The notes: a model not told the origin generated them from the sequence alone. A stretch of 62,337 nucleotides of DNA, filler included, from 5 parts of 5 records of this genome joined end to end with filler, not necessarily neighbours in it; one strand, 5' to 3'. Counted from the whole stretch's first letter, positions 25,575 to 35,719 are shown. Numbers and translations: made by a program.

Positions 25575-27275
25575 TTACCTGACCAGATAGGGCCGGGATC
25601 CGCCCGGCTTGGGTTGCATTCCGGGCTGATTGACGGGGAAATCGCCGGTGATATGCGGGTTCATCCCTTGATTTTTCAGGTTCTGAAGGAATTGACCAAA
25701 GCCGGTCAGATCAACCATGCGCGGCGCCTCGGATATACGCGCGCCCGAGGAGGGGCCGCCGATCGCATCGAGAATCGCCTGAAGGTTTTCCATCGGCTCC
25801 TCGACAAACTCTGCCAAGGTCCAGATCCGCACTTCCGCCCGGGTCTGCACACGGCGCAGGATATTGACGAAATCCGTTTCCTGTTTTTGCAGCAGCGCCG
25901 CTGTTTTGCGGATTGTCAGAAAGTCGAGATTGGACCGAAACAGCGGGACGGCCCACGCACCGGTAATGACCGATATCTGGGCATTGCCGTCAGAGGCCAG
26001 AAACGCGCCGATCCGCTGCTTGTCACGAGGGCTGAACTGAAACACCTGACGTTCGCCCCGGGTGTTCCAGATAAGGCTGGTCAGGAAATGTTCGGGGTCA
26101 TAGTCGCGCAACATGGCCGCCGAAGACAGACAGCCCGCATAGACATCGGCATCGCCGGAAAACCGCACCCGGGCGCGGTCAAACAGATTGCCATGTACCC
26201 GCGTACCAAGACGCCGGGCAAGCCACGGTTCATAGTTTTCGAACAGGTCGTTGAAACCCTGAAAGACCGAATAGGGCGCGCTGGTCTTGCCGTTTTCCCA
26301 ATCGGGGTTCGGAAAGCGGCTGTGCATATACATGCCTGCCCGCCCCCGCGTCCGGCGTTCCAACGCCTTGGCGAAGACCCGGTCGATCTTGCCCGGAGCG
26401 GGTTCCGCCATGACGGTGCCACGGTCCTGATCGGCCAGAAAGGTTTCATAAAGCCGATCGGCCTTGTGCCAGATCTTGCGCGCAACAAAGCAATCCGACC
26501 GCCGCAACAGATGCAGGTGATCGTCGTAAAAGACATGCGGTTTGCCCTGAAAGTCGAACTTCGACAGGGTCAAAGACCGGCTTTCGATATGGGTCGAATA
26601 CTTGCGAACGAGGGTCTGATAATAGCTTTCGTCCGGAATCCAGACCAGTTTAAAGAACCGGTCATAGGCCTTGCGTGACGGATCTTGCAGGATCGCCGAC
26701 AGCGTCTGCCGGGTCAGGCACCACCATTGACTGCCCAGATGCGCCTCTAGCCCGTCCGGCATTGTCCGCTTGAAACCGACCTTTCGCTGCATCTCGACAT
26801 AGCCGTCGAACAGCCTGCGGTGACGTTTCCACGAAAAGGGAAAGCGCAACTGAAACCGCTCTGCGTGCAGCCCATCCACCGTCCACTCCACGTCTTCGGT
26901 GGTCACGCTTTCGATGAAATCCGTGCGCGGACGGGCCGCAAGATAGGCCTTCATCTCCTCGACCGGGCGCAGAGGCAGGCATGATCCGCTGGCTAGAAAA
27001 ACGTGTCTGACATTGGGGAATTCGGCCAACATCATCTCGGATGCGGTCTGCGACGCAGCAACAAGAGACCAAGTGCCCCATTCACATTTATGACGGCCGC
27101 AGAACTTGACGTTCGGCAGGTCGGACAAATCGGATTTCAGACCCGAAAACGCCTGTTTCGACACCCGATGATCGACGTGGATCACAACAGGGCAATCCCG
27201 TTCCGCCCAATGCCGCGCCACTTGCGCCGCGCGGTGCAGTGCCGTGTGGCAGAGCATGACGAACCCGACACTCAT
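25575..27275 (-). CDS. GT14/Core-2-I-branching-like glycosyltransferase with C-terminal extension
   Basis: VIHVD, WGTWSLV, LASGSCLP, GSQWWCL, IPDESYYQT and FVARK. Confidence 0.82.
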   Translation of the reverse strand: MSVGFVMLCHTALHRAAQVARHWAERDCPVVIHVDHRVSKQAFSGLKSDLSDLPNVKFCGRHKCEWGTWSLVAASQTASEMMLAEFPNVRHVFLASGSCLPLRPVEEMKAYLAARPRTDFIESVTTEDVEWTVDGLHAERFQLRFPFSWKRHRRLFDGYVEMQRKVGFKRTMPDGLEAHLGSQWWCLTRQTLSAILQDPSRKAYDRFFKLVWIPDESYYQTLVRKYSTHIESRSLTLSKFDFQGKPHVFYDDHLHLLRRSDCFVARKIWHKADRLYETFLADQDRGTVMAEPAPGKIDRVFAKALERRTRGRAGMYMHSRFPNPDWENGKTSAPYSVFQGFNDLFENYEPWLARRLGTRVHGNLFDRARVRFSGDADVYAGCLSSAAMLRDYDPEHFLTSLIWNTRGERQVFQFSPRDKQRIGAFLASDGNAQISVITGAWAVPLFRSNLDFLTIRKTAALLQKQETDFVNILRRVQTRAEVRIWTLAEFVEEPMENLQAILDAIGGPSSGARISEAPRMVDLTGFGQFLQNLKNQGMNPHITGDFPVNQPGMQPKPGGSRPYLVR

Positions 27276-28282
27276 GCCCAGTTCCCCTTGGACATCAGGC
27301 CGAGGATTTCAAGCTGCCGCCAGTTGATGAAACGCTCAGACCACTTGCACCACAGGTTGGGGTCTTCCTGCAAACCGGCGGCATAGGCCTTGTATTCGTG
27401 ACTGTTTGCGTAGTGCTGCTTGCGTTGCAGTTCTTCGCGCGCCTTGGTCGTGAACGTATCCAGAAACTTGGCATGCATCAGAACGCCCGAAGCCTTTTCG
27501 CCCCCCCATTCGTCAAAAACCAGGTTCAAGCCCCGCGGCAACAACATATGGGTGGAGCTGGCAAAAGTATAATTCTTGTCCCATTTCACCAGCGGTATCT
27601 TGTTCAGTGCCGGGGCGCGCTCTGGATTTTCCGGGAAGAACAGTCGCGCCCTTGGGCCGCCCTGAATCCACAGATTTCCGAAATCCCAGTTCCGCCTGAT
27701 CATGTAGTTGCCGCTATCGAACCAGCAGGCAATCTCGAACGGGTTCTGCCCCTCGCTATAGGGCTGTGTGGTGATCGGACCCTTGGGGTACATGTCCAGC
27801 AGCATCGCACCAAAGGACTTGATCGAGCTACTTTCCAGCCAATCAGTCAGCGCCGGAATGGGCCGCGTGTCACAGAACGGGTAGACAAGAAATTCGTCCG
27901 GGTCGACCACAACACACCAATGCCCATGCCCATATTCCCGCAGCAACGCATTCAGCCAGTCCATTCCAAAACGAGACCGCTTGTAGCTGGCCGGGGTGGT
28001 CCAGACCGAACAATCGCCCTGACTGGCCAGGAATTCGCGTGTGCCATCGGTGCTGTCATTGTCAACGAAGATGAAATGCGACACGCCCCGATCACGGTAA
28101 TAACGCAGGAAATACGGCAGCCGGATGCGTTCGTTGCGCAGCGTGACGAAACACAAGACATCCTTTGGGCGGATCTGGTCGGTCCGATCGGCGACAAGCA
28201 GCAAATCCCGCGCCTTGCGCCAGGCGCGGATCAAGAACCGCTTACGTTCAAGGCGCAGCTTGTAGCGCCGAACCACCTTCAT
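27272..28282 (-). CDS. Glycosyltransferase family 2 (Glyco_tranf_2_4 type)
   Basis: LRNE..RLPYFL.YY, FVDNDSTDGT and WCVVVDPDEF; start overlaps the GT4 stop. Confidence 0.88.
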   Translation of the reverse strand: MKVVRRYKLRLERKRFLIRAWRKARDLLLVADRTDQIRPKDVLCFVTLRNERIRLPYFLRYYRDRGVSHFIFVDNDSTDGTREFLASQGDCSVWTTPASYKRSRFGMDWLNALLREYGHGHWCVVVDPDEFLVYPFCDTRPIPALTDWLESSSIKSFGAMLLDMYPKGPITTQPYSEGQNPFEIACWFDSGNYMIRRNWDFGNLWIQGGPRARLFFPENPERAPALNKIPLVKWDKNYTFASSTHMLLPRGLNLVFDEWGGEKASGVLMHAKFLDTFTTKAREELQRKQHYANSHEYKAYAAGLQEDPNLWCKWSERFINWRQLEILGLMSKGNWA

Positions 28283-29505
28283 TCCAAATCCCCTGCCCGG
28301 GCTCTTTGCAGAGCCGACGATACCGTGTCGAAATGTGCCTGCCACGTCGGAAGCTTGATCGCTGGCAGCACATCGTCCGCCAGTCTATCCGCCGATCGTT
28401 TCTTTATCGTTTCCACCCAAGAATACGCATCTCGGGGATCAAGGTAAACGGCGCATTCGCCAATGGTTTCACGCAAGACAGGCAGGTCAGAGCAGATCGG
28501 CAACACCCCAAGCCGCGCGGCTTCTAGCGGCGGGTAGCCAAACCCCTCTGCCAGAGTCGGAAAAAGCAACCCATGCGCCCCTTCCAACAAGGTCCGCATC
28601 TGCCCATCCGTCAGACTGTTGTGTTCGAAAATGGCCTTGTCCCTAAGGGGGTGCGTATCGAGATTATGAAAGAACTGCTCTGATGCCCACCCGCGTTGAC
28701 CGATGATGTGCAGATGCGGGCGATCAGCCGTTTCCAGCATCGACCAGACATCCAGCAACAGCTGATGGTTCTTGCGCGGCTCAATCGTTCCGACACAGAC
28801 AAAGCGTGGAGAAACAGGGTCTATACTGCTTGAAAGAGGCTCTTTTTCAGCAAGGTCCGACAGTCCCAGGTGGGCAATGATATAGGCTTTGTCCAACCCC
28901 AGATGTCGTTCAAGGCTGTGCCTGGTGTCTTCGGAATTGCAGATGATCAGGTTCGCTTGATCCCTGCTTGCCTCCAGCATCTTGCGGAAATGGGCCGGAA
29001 TTTCGGGGCGAGAATACTCCGGGTGATCCACGGGGATTGCATCGTGGAAAAGCACCGCAACACGAACATCCGGATTTGCGCGAAAGGCGCGCAGACAATC
29101 CCTGGTCAGATTGCTGTGGCCGGTATTCAGATAGGTCGTGTTTTCCCGCAGATGCTGAGACAGCATTCGAAACAGATTTGCATGAAGACAACGGGCAATC
29201 GCGTGGTGACGAAGTAGCGCTTCGGCCCTATGCCGCGGCAGATCGGCCTTGCCGGTCAGGCGCGACAGAAGGTCAGGCGGTGGCCACGCCGATTGACCAT
29301 CCAGTGCGCTTAGGAAGGCGTTGGCGCCCACTGCCCCGAACAGGATGTAGCCGCGCGAACTGCGCACCAGAAACCGCGGGTCGGGATCTGTTTTCAAAAC
29401 CCAGTCCGCATAGGCGCGTTCGACCCTGTCAACACCGGTCAAAGACCCGCGACCGACGCGGGATAGAAGTCGCGTCAGGTCAAGGCACAGGGCAAGCCCG
29501 GTCAT
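28279..29505 (-). CDS. Glycosyltransferase family 4
   Basis: TGVDRVE, HDAIP, GTIEPRKN and EGFGYPPLEA...SDLPV. Confidence 0.9.
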   Translation of the reverse strand: MTGLALCLDLTRLLSRVGRGSLTGVDRVERAYADWVLKTDPDPRFLVRSSRGYILFGAVGANAFLSALDGQSAWPPPDLLSRLTGKADLPRHRAEALLRHHAIARCLHANLFRMLSQHLRENTTYLNTGHSNLTRDCLRAFRANPDVRVAVLFHDAIPVDHPEYSRPEIPAHFRKMLEASRDQANLIICNSEDTRHSLERHLGLDKAYIIAHLGLSDLAEKEPLSSSIDPVSPRFVCVGTIEPRKNHQLLLDVWSMLETADRPHLHIIGQRGWASEQFFHNLDTHPLRDKAIFEHNSLTDGQMRTLLEGAHGLLFPTLAEGFGYPPLEAARLGVLPICSDLPVLRETIGECAVYLDPRDAYSWVETIKKRSADRLADDVLPAIKLPTWQAHFDTVSSALQRARAGDLE

Positions 29506-29508
29506 CCT

Positions 29509-30399
29509 TTACTGGGCTGCGTTCTTTGTGGCTGTCATGTGGTCGAGGAACTGGGAAAACTCCCCGCGCAGATCCTCGCGCGCTAGACCAAAGGCAACGG
29601 TGGCTTGCAGGAAACCCGCCTTGGACCCGCAATCGTAACGCTGGCCGCGGAACCGGAAGCCATAGACATTGTCCGATGTGGCGATCTCTTCGGCGATCGC
29701 ATCGGTCAGTTGAATTTCCCCACCCGCACCGGATTTCGCGCGGTTCAGGTTGCGCATCACGTCGGGTGACAGGATGTATCGGCCAATCACGGCAAGATTG
29801 GACGGAGCCTCTTCTACAGCCGGCTTTTCGACCATGCCTTTGACGGACACGACCGTCCCCATATCCTCGCGAATATCGAGCACACCGTAAGAGGATGTCA
29901 TCTCGGGCGGTACTTCCATCGCTGCAACCATGTTGCCACCGGTTTCCGCATGTGCCTCGATCATCTGTTGCAGACAGGGTTTTTCTGCGGCGATGACGTC
30001 ATCGGGCAGGATGACCGCGAAGGGTTCGTTCCCCAACAGACGCCGCGCACACCAGACCGCGTGACCAAGACCCAAGGCCTTGTTCTGGCGGATATACGCG
30101 ATCTGACCGGAATCCATATTGGTGGATTTCAGAGCCTGAAGAAGGTCGGTCTTGCCCTTCTTGCGCAGGGTATGTTCCAGTTCCGGCGCGACGTCGAAAT
30201 AGTCTTCCAATGCGCTCTTGCCGCGCGCGGTGACAAAGATGAATTCCTTGATGCCAGCGGCCCGCGCCTCGTCAATCGCATACTGGATCAGCGGACGATC
30301 GACCAGCGTCATGATTTCCTTGGGGATAGACTTGGTAGCAGGCAAAAATCGCGTCCCCAGGCCCGCCACGGGAAAAATCGCTTTAGTGACTTTCTTCAT
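29509..30399 (-). CDS. galU: UTP-glucose-1-phosphate uridylyltransferase
   Basis: KAIFPVAGLGTRFLPATK.IPKE, GLGHAV, VEKP and GEIQLTDA. Confidence 0.97.
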   Translation of the reverse strand: MKKVTKAIFPVAGLGTRFLPATKSIPKEIMTLVDRPLIQYAIDEARAAGIKEFIFVTARGKSALEDYFDVAPELEHTLRKKGKTDLLQALKSTNMDSGQIAYIRQNKALGLGHAVWCARRLLGNEPFAVILPDDVIAAEKPCLQQMIEAHAETGGNMVAAMEVPPEMTSSYGVLDIREDMGTVVSVKGMVEKPAVEEAPSNLAVIGRYILSPDVMRNLNRAKSGAGGEIQLTDAIAEEIATSDNVYGFRFRGQRYDCGSKAGFLQATVAFGLAREDLRGEFSQFLDHMTATKNAAQ

Positions 30400-30492
30400 C
30401 TTCGTCTCCAACACGGCGGAACGTTCAGTTCAGCACCTTAGCCGCACAATACCGGCCAAAAACGGCAAACTTCGTTCCTTTGATCGCTAACT

Positions 30493-31737
30493 TTATGACG
30501 CCTCGTCGGTTTTGCATCCCGGAGCCTTGGAAATCCAGCGAATTTTTTCCTGTCGCAGGGTTTCGGATCTTATGCGCCCTGTAAATGACCAAAGCGTAAA
30601 ACGGCGCTGGTTTCTTGACGATTTTCCAAACAAGCCGCCGGTCTGAACCCAAACCCCCTGGGCTGAAAACAACACTCGATGTGCGCGCGGTGTGTGGCCG
30701 AACACCATCAGGGTCACTGACCTGCCTTTCTGCGCCAAACTGTTTGCCTGACGCAGCAGACGTGACCTTGAAAACCAGCGGCCTGCCAGCAGGAGCGGTG
30801 GAGGGGCTGGCACCTCCAGAAGGGGGCTAAACACAGGGGCCTTCGTCTGGAATGTCCGGGTCAAAGGCGCGATGGTGCGGCCCGTGGTCAGCCCGGCTTC
30901 AAGCCCTTCAAGCAGGCCGTCCCCATCCGACCGGGCCAAAGCCCCGCTGCGCACAAACCGGTTCACCCGCTCGGATTGTTCGGCCCTGACGGCCGCCACG
31001 GCTTTTTCAATCTCGTTGCTCGGCGCATGTTTGATCAGGTAGTGCATGCTGCTTTTGCCGATCTGGTACAAGCCAAGCGGTACGCGTGTCTGGGTTCTGC
31101 GATTGCTGGCGGCATACCCATGATGGACGGTTGCAAGCGGCGCAAACCTGACCTGATGGCCGGTCGTCATCAGCCGATAGGCAAGATCGGTTTCATCGAG
31201 ATAGAAATCGAAGGCCTCGTCGAACCCCCCAAGAGACACGGCAACCTCTCTTCGAATGGCCATGTTGGTGCCTTCCAGCTTGACAGCCAAGCCTTCTCGC
31301 AGATGGCCGGGCCCTGCGGGGGATGCGGCACCAAGACGGTCCACGACACGGCCGGCCCACTGAACGCTGATGCCATTTCGCCCCAGAACCGTCCCGGTTG
31401 AGGCTGCGATATTAGTGTCTAACAAAGGGCAAACGAGATGATTGAGCCATGTGGGTTCAGGAACTGCATCATCATCGACGAAGGCCACGATCCGACCCGA
31501 AGACAGAGACAATCCCATATTCCGGGCGGCAGAGATATTGGGCGTGGCTTGTATGGCGGTCTTGATGCGGCTGGCGAAGGGAAGATCAGCGATCGCCGCA
31601 AGCCCACCTGCATCGGCAACCACCACAAGTTCGAATGGCCGATAGAACAGCTGCCCGATCCCGATCAGCGCGCGGCGCAGCAGGGCGGGGCGCCCGTGGC
31701 TGACGACAATCACACTGACGGGCGGGCTGTCGGTCAA
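30493..31737 (-). CDS. Glycosyltransferase family 2
   Basis: VSVIVVS, AARNMG, AFVDDDA, GTNMAIRR and GGFDEAF.YLDETDL. Confidence 0.9.
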   Translation of the reverse strand: MTDSPPVSVIVVSHGRPALLRRALIGIGQLFYRPFELVVVADAGGLAAIADLPFASRIKTAIQATPNISAARNMGLSLSSGRIVAFVDDDAVPEPTWLNHLVCPLLDTNIAASTGTVLGRNGISVQWAGRVVDRLGAASPAGPGHLREGLAVKLEGTNMAIRREVAVSLGGFDEAFDFYLDETDLAYRLMTTGHQVRFAPLATVHHGYAASNRRTQTRVPLGLYQIGKSSMHYLIKHAPSNEIEKAVAAVRAEQSERVNRFVRSGALARSDGDGLLEGLEAGLTTGRTIAPLTRTFQTKAPVFSPLLEVPAPPPLLLAGRWFSRSRLLRQANSLAQKGRSVTLMVFGHTPRAHRVLFSAQGVWVQTGGLFGKSSRNQRRFTLWSFTGRIRSETLRQEKIRWISKAPGCKTDEAS

Positions 31738-32534
31738 GGCGCCCCCATCTCGGCCAGCATGGTCTCGATCCGCGGAACGTCTTCGGGATTGTTCAGTTCC
31801 CAGAACTTGCGGCCCCTCGCTTCGACCTCAACGCACAGAACGTTGTGCCCGTTTTCAAGGAAGCGAAGCTGTTCCAACCCCTCCAGCGTTTCCAGCGCAC
31901 CAACCGACCATGTTGGATAGGCCAGCAGGGCATCGGGGCGATACGCGTAAACACCGACATGATGAAAGACCGGTGTGGGTTCGTCGCGCTGGTAGATGCG
32001 GCCGGTATAGGGAACCACCTCTTTGGAGAAGTAGAGCGCATGGCCGTTCACATCGAACACCGCCGTCGTTCCGCCAACGCGACCCGCATGCCGGTCAGCC
32101 ATCAAAGCGGAATGCGTTTCGCCGTCACACCGCAGGACCGGGGTGGCAAGGGCCGCATCGGGGGCGGACTTCAGCCCGCTTACCAGATCCTCAAGGAACC
32201 ACGCAGGGGTCAGCGGCGCATCGCCTTGCAGGTTCACAACCATATCCACATCACCGCCCAGAAGGCCCAGCGCCTCGGCACAACGTTCCGTGCCATTTCG
32301 GCAGGTGTCCGAGGTCATCAGAACCTCAGCGCCGAACCCTTCCGCCGCCGCTCGGATGCGGTCGTCGTCCGTGGCGACATAGACCGCGTCCAGGCCTTCA
32401 ACCTCTTGAGCTGCCAGCCAGCTGCGCTCTACCAGGCTGCGGGAAATACCGGTGGCGCCGCGCAATTCGGCCAATGGTTTGCCTGGATAGCGGGTCGATT
32501 CGTAGCGCGCGGGGATGATGCAGACAGTGGTCAT
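31734..32534 (-). CDS. kdsB: CMP-Kdo synthetase (KdsB/KpsU)
   Basis: IIPARYESTRYPGKPL, VATDD, NGTER, VNLQGD, HVGVYAY and E.LEQLR.LENG. Confidence 0.94.
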   Translation of the reverse strand: MTTVCIIPARYESTRYPGKPLAELRGATGISRSLVERSWLAAQEVEGLDAVYVATDDDRIRAAAEGFGAEVLMTSDTCRNGTERCAEALGLLGGDVDMVVNLQGDAPLTPAWFLEDLVSGLKSAPDAALATPVLRCDGETHSALMADRHAGRVGGTTAVFDVNGHALYFSKEVVPYTGRIYQRDEPTPVFHHVGVYAYRPDALLAYPTWSVGALETLEGLEQLRFLENGHNVLCVEVEARGRKFWELNNPEDVPRIETMLAEMGAP

Positions 32535-32538
32535 TCAG

Positions 32539-33333
32539 TCAGGCTTTCAGATCGACGCCCGGTGCATGGGCAATGAAGAAAGGGTTTTCATATCCCGGTT
32601 TACCATAGGTGAACGGGGTATGATCGTCGAACCGGATCACATGCCCGCCAGCGCCGCGCAGAACTGCGTCACCTGCTGCTGTGTCCCATTCCATCGTGCG
32701 GCCAAGGCGAGGGTAAAGATCGGCCTCGCCCGTCGCCACCAGACAGAACTTCAGCGAAGAGCCCGCGCTTTTCATGTCTTCGACACTGTACTTGCCAATA
32801 TAGGCATCGGTCGCGGCATCCCTGTGAGACTTGGATGCAACCACCAACAGAGCCGAATTGTCCGGTTTAGAGACTGAAATTGGTGTCACGCTACCCTTTG
32901 TGTCAGTGTCGAACGGGCCGGTTTCCTCAACCGAACGGCCATCGGCTTCGGTGTAGAACAACCGTCCCTTGGCCGGGGCATAGACCACCCCACGGATCGG
33001 AACGCCGTCCTGCACCAGGGCGATGTTGACCGTGAAATCGCCACGACGCTTGATGAATTCCTTGGTGCCGTCCAGCGGGTCGACGATGATGAAACTGCTG
33101 GCGGATTGCGCATGGCTGGCCGCCTGTTCCTCGGTCACCAGAACCATGTCCGGGAAGGCGGCACGAATCCCGGCAGAGATCAGCGCATCGGCGGCTTCAT
33201 CGGCTTCCGTCACGGGGCTGTCGTCGGACTTGGCTTTCACCTCGAAATCATCGGCTGTGTAGATCTGCATGATCCGGTCGCCAGCTTGCAGCGCCAGGTT
33301 GCGGAAGACATGCTCGATACTGGGGAAATCCAT
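32539..33333 (-). CDS. cysQ: 3'(2'),5'-bisphosphate nucleotidase CysQ
   Basis: KSDDSPVTEAD, VDPLDGTKEF, FTVNIAL, SKSH, GSSLKFC and TMEWDTAAG. Confidence 0.95.
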   Translation of the reverse strand: MDFPSIEHVFRNLALQAGDRIMQIYTADDFEVKAKSDDSPVTEADEAADALISAGIRAAFPDMVLVTEEQAASHAQSASSFIIVDPLDGTKEFIKRRGDFTVNIALVQDGVPIRGVVYAPAKGRLFYTEADGRSVEETGPFDTDTKGSVTPISVSKPDNSALLVVASKSHRDAATDAYIGKYSVEDMKSAGSSLKFCLVATGEADLYPRLGRTMEWDTAAGDAVLRGAGGHVIRFDDHTPFTYGKPGYENPFFIAHAPGVDLKA

Positions 33334-33465
33334 CCCGTTCCTCCTTTGGAGTTTCATTGAAAAAACCACTTTTTGCCGTTATCGTCGCCTAACAAGAATT
33401 GAGCAAGGTATCCCTGCGACAAAGACGGGGGCTTTCGGTTCGAGCAGACAGGTTTCGGTATTCGC

Positions 33466-34290
33466 ATGCAGTTCGGTCATTCCAGACGCAAATCGACCCT
33501 TGGTATTCTGATGAATTTGGCCGAGTTGATCTATACGTCCACAGTACGCAAGGTCCGACAATCGCATGGCAATGCCATCATGGCCCTGGCAATGAGCATG
33601 CTTCAGGCCATCCTGTTCATCGTTGCCTTCTATTTCATGTTCACTGTCCTGGGGACGCGTGGAATGGCCATTCGGGGGGATTTTCTGATCTACCTCGTGA
33701 CCGGCATCTTCCTGTACCTGACCCATATCAAGGCTTTGGGTGCGGTAATGGGCGCAGAGGGCCCGACCTCGGCTATGATGCTGCACGCGCCGATGAATAC
33801 GATTGTGGCGATTGTCTCGTCCGCCTTGTCAGCGCTCTATATTCAAACACTGTCGCTGTGCGTGATCCTTCTCGGCATTCACACAATTTTTGACGGGCTT
33901 GTCATCCATGACTGGTCCGGCGTCATCTTCATGTATCTGCTGTCATGGGCTTCCGGCTGCGCGGTCGGGTTGATCTTCATGACGCTCAAACCCTGGTTCC
34001 CCGATCTGATCGGGATCCTGCAAAGCGTCTACACGCGCGCCAACATGATTGCCTCGGGCAAGATGTTTGTCGCGAACTCTTTGCCAGCCATGATGCTGCC
34101 GTGGTTTACATGGAACCCCCTGTTCCACCTTATCGACCAGGCGCGCGGCTTTGCCTTCAACAACTACTTCCCGCATCACACCAATTGGCACTATCCGATT
34201 TATTTTACGATCGCCCTCGTGATGCTGGGCTTGATGGGCGACTTTTACACGCGGAAACGTGTTTCCGCCAGCTGGACGGCAGGACGATGA
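33466..34290 (+). CDS. ABC-2 type (KpsM/Wzm-like) polysaccharide export permease
   Basis: About six TM segments and the ABC-2 signature WNPLFHLIDQARG. Confidence 0.8.
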   Translation: MQFGHSRRKSTLGILMNLAELIYTSTVRKVRQSHGNAIMALAMSMLQAILFIVAFYFMFTVLGTRGMAIRGDFLIYLVTGIFLYLTHIKALGAVMGAEGPTSAMMLHAPMNTIVAIVSSALSALYIQTLSLCVILLGIHTIFDGLVIHDWSGVIFMYLLSWASGCAVGLIFMTLKPWFPDLIGILQSVYTRANMIASGKMFVANSLPAMMLPWFTWNPLFHLIDQARGFAFNNYFPHHTNWHYPIYFTIALVMLGLMGDFYTRKRVSASWTAGR

Positions 34291-34907
34291 AAAAGCTATT
34301 CTTGACCCTCTTTGTAGTATTTTTTGGCCATGCTGTGGCCGCGCAAGTGCATGATTACCCCGCGCTTTACCGTGTAACCGGCGTTGCCGCGACAGACGTG
34401 CTGAACGTTCGGTCCGGTCCTGGTGCGACCCATCAGATCATCGGGTCTTTTGCCCCGAACCAAACCCATGTCGAGGTGGTGGGCACCACCGAAGATCGTC
34501 GGTGGGGCCGTGTCATCATCGGCGAGGTTTCTGGCTGGTCTTCCATGCGCTATCTCACCCGGATGGGCCCGGACTGGAGCGCGGGCCTACCCATACCGCT
34601 TTATTGTAACGGCACAGAACCGTTCTGGAGCTTTGAGCGCCTGATCGGCGGAGGCAACTTCAACAGCGTGATGATCGCCGCCCCCGAGCCTTTCGCCGAG
34701 CTGTGGAGCGGGGTGCCCTCCGGTCGGGGGCCGCAAACCTTCGGCATGGTGCTGGACAGCGGCAATTCCAGAATGACAGCATTCATTCGTCGCGGCATCT
34801 GTTCGGACGGAATGACCGACCGGGACTATGGCATCAGCGCCTATTTCCTGCGCACCACTCCACAGGGGTCAGAGCTGCTGGAAGGTTGCTGCACCCTGTC
34901 GCGCTAA
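34287..34907 (+). CDS. Secreted SH3b + COG3650-like protein
   Basis: Signal peptide, DVLNVRSGPG, GWSSMRYL, CNGTEPFW, CSDGMTDR.YG and GCC. Confidence 0.82.
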   Translation: MKKLFLTLFVVFFGHAVAAQVHDYPALYRVTGVAATDVLNVRSGPGATHQIIGSFAPNQTHVEVVGTTEDRRWGRVIIGEVSGWSSMRYLTRMGPDWSAGLPIPLYCNGTEPFWSFERLIGGGNFNSVMIAAPEPFAELWSGVPSGRGPQTFGMVLDSGNSRMTAFIRRGICSDGMTDRDYGISAYFLRTTPQGSELLEGCCTLSR

Positions 34908-35512
34908 TCGACCACTCTTAGTGTCAGATTGATTCTCCCCCCGCTTGGCAAAAGCGGGGAGGAGCCCAGACGTATTCGATCAACCCCGTGATGGCGCAGC
35001 CGTGCTTCGCCGCCCATCACAACCACATCGCCCGACCGCAGCCAGACAGATTTCGTCGGCCCACCCCGTGCGACATTCCCCATTCGGAACAACGCCTCGT
35101 CGCCAAGCGATATCGACAGGACCGGCTGGCTGAAATCCTGTTCATCCTTGTCCTGGTGCAGCCCCATTCGGGCGCCGTCACCGTAGAAATTGACCAGACA
35201 GCAATCGGGATCTCGGTCCGACCCGGAAAGATCCCGCCAGACAGACAGAATGCTTTCCGGTATCGGCGGCCAGGCCATGCCGCCGGGATGCACCCGATCA
35301 TAGCGATAGCCGCGCCGGTCGCTGACCCATCCAACGCGCCCGGCGGAGGTCATTCTGACGGACATTTTCTGTCCCCTGGGGGTGACTGGATGAAACAACG
35401 GGGCCACACCTGCGATCTCCCGAACATCCGCAACCATCCGCGATTGGGCCTCGGGTGAAAGGTAGTCCGGGTAGATATCAAAGCCCTGAACCTGCAACCT
35501 GTTCAAATCCAT
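34904..35512 (-). CDS. alkB: Alpha-ketoglutarate-dependent dioxygenase AlkB
   Basis: MSVRMT, GWVSDRRGYRY, CLVNFY..GARMGLHQD, HGV and RINLTLR. Confidence 0.93.
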   Translation of the reverse strand: MDLNRLQVQGFDIYPDYLSPEAQSRMVADVREIAGVAPLFHPVTPRGQKMSVRMTSAGRVGWVSDRRGYRYDRVHPGGMAWPPIPESILSVWRDLSGSDRDPDCCLVNFYGDGARMGLHQDKDEQDFSQPVLSISLGDEALFRMGNVARGGPTKSVWLRSGDVVVMGGEARLRHHGVDRIRLGSSPLLPSGGRINLTLRVVD

Positions 35513-35580
35513 ATGCTCCTGCATCCCTGCTTGCATGGCGAAACTGATTCAGATTCCGCCCATTTCACCTCTTTGCCACG

Positions 35581-35610
35581 CTTGCAGCGGCTCGAAGCCC
35601 CACTTATATA
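35581..35610 (+). promoter_or_regulatory. RpoH-type heat-shock promoter of dnaK
   Basis: CTTG-N18-CTTATAT matches the alphaproteobacterial RpoH consensus. Confidence 0.7.
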
Positions 35611-35719
35611 CCCTCCGAAGCTTGGTCAGGGCACTCTCTGACCAAATTGGGATAAGGGGCCGGGGGCCGCAATCGGACCCGCCCCTGCAACATCGCCTTG
35701 AAGAAGGAATGACAAAGAC

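Noticed and set aside
24906-26678. 590-aa plus-strand ORF, and similarly 13975-15570, 36424-37611 and 55333-56892
   Set aside because: These are antisense shadows of well-supported genes.
35611-35719. Possible CIRCE element before dnaK
   Set aside because: There is no TTAGCACTC-N9-GAGTGCTAA; only GGCACTC without its partner.
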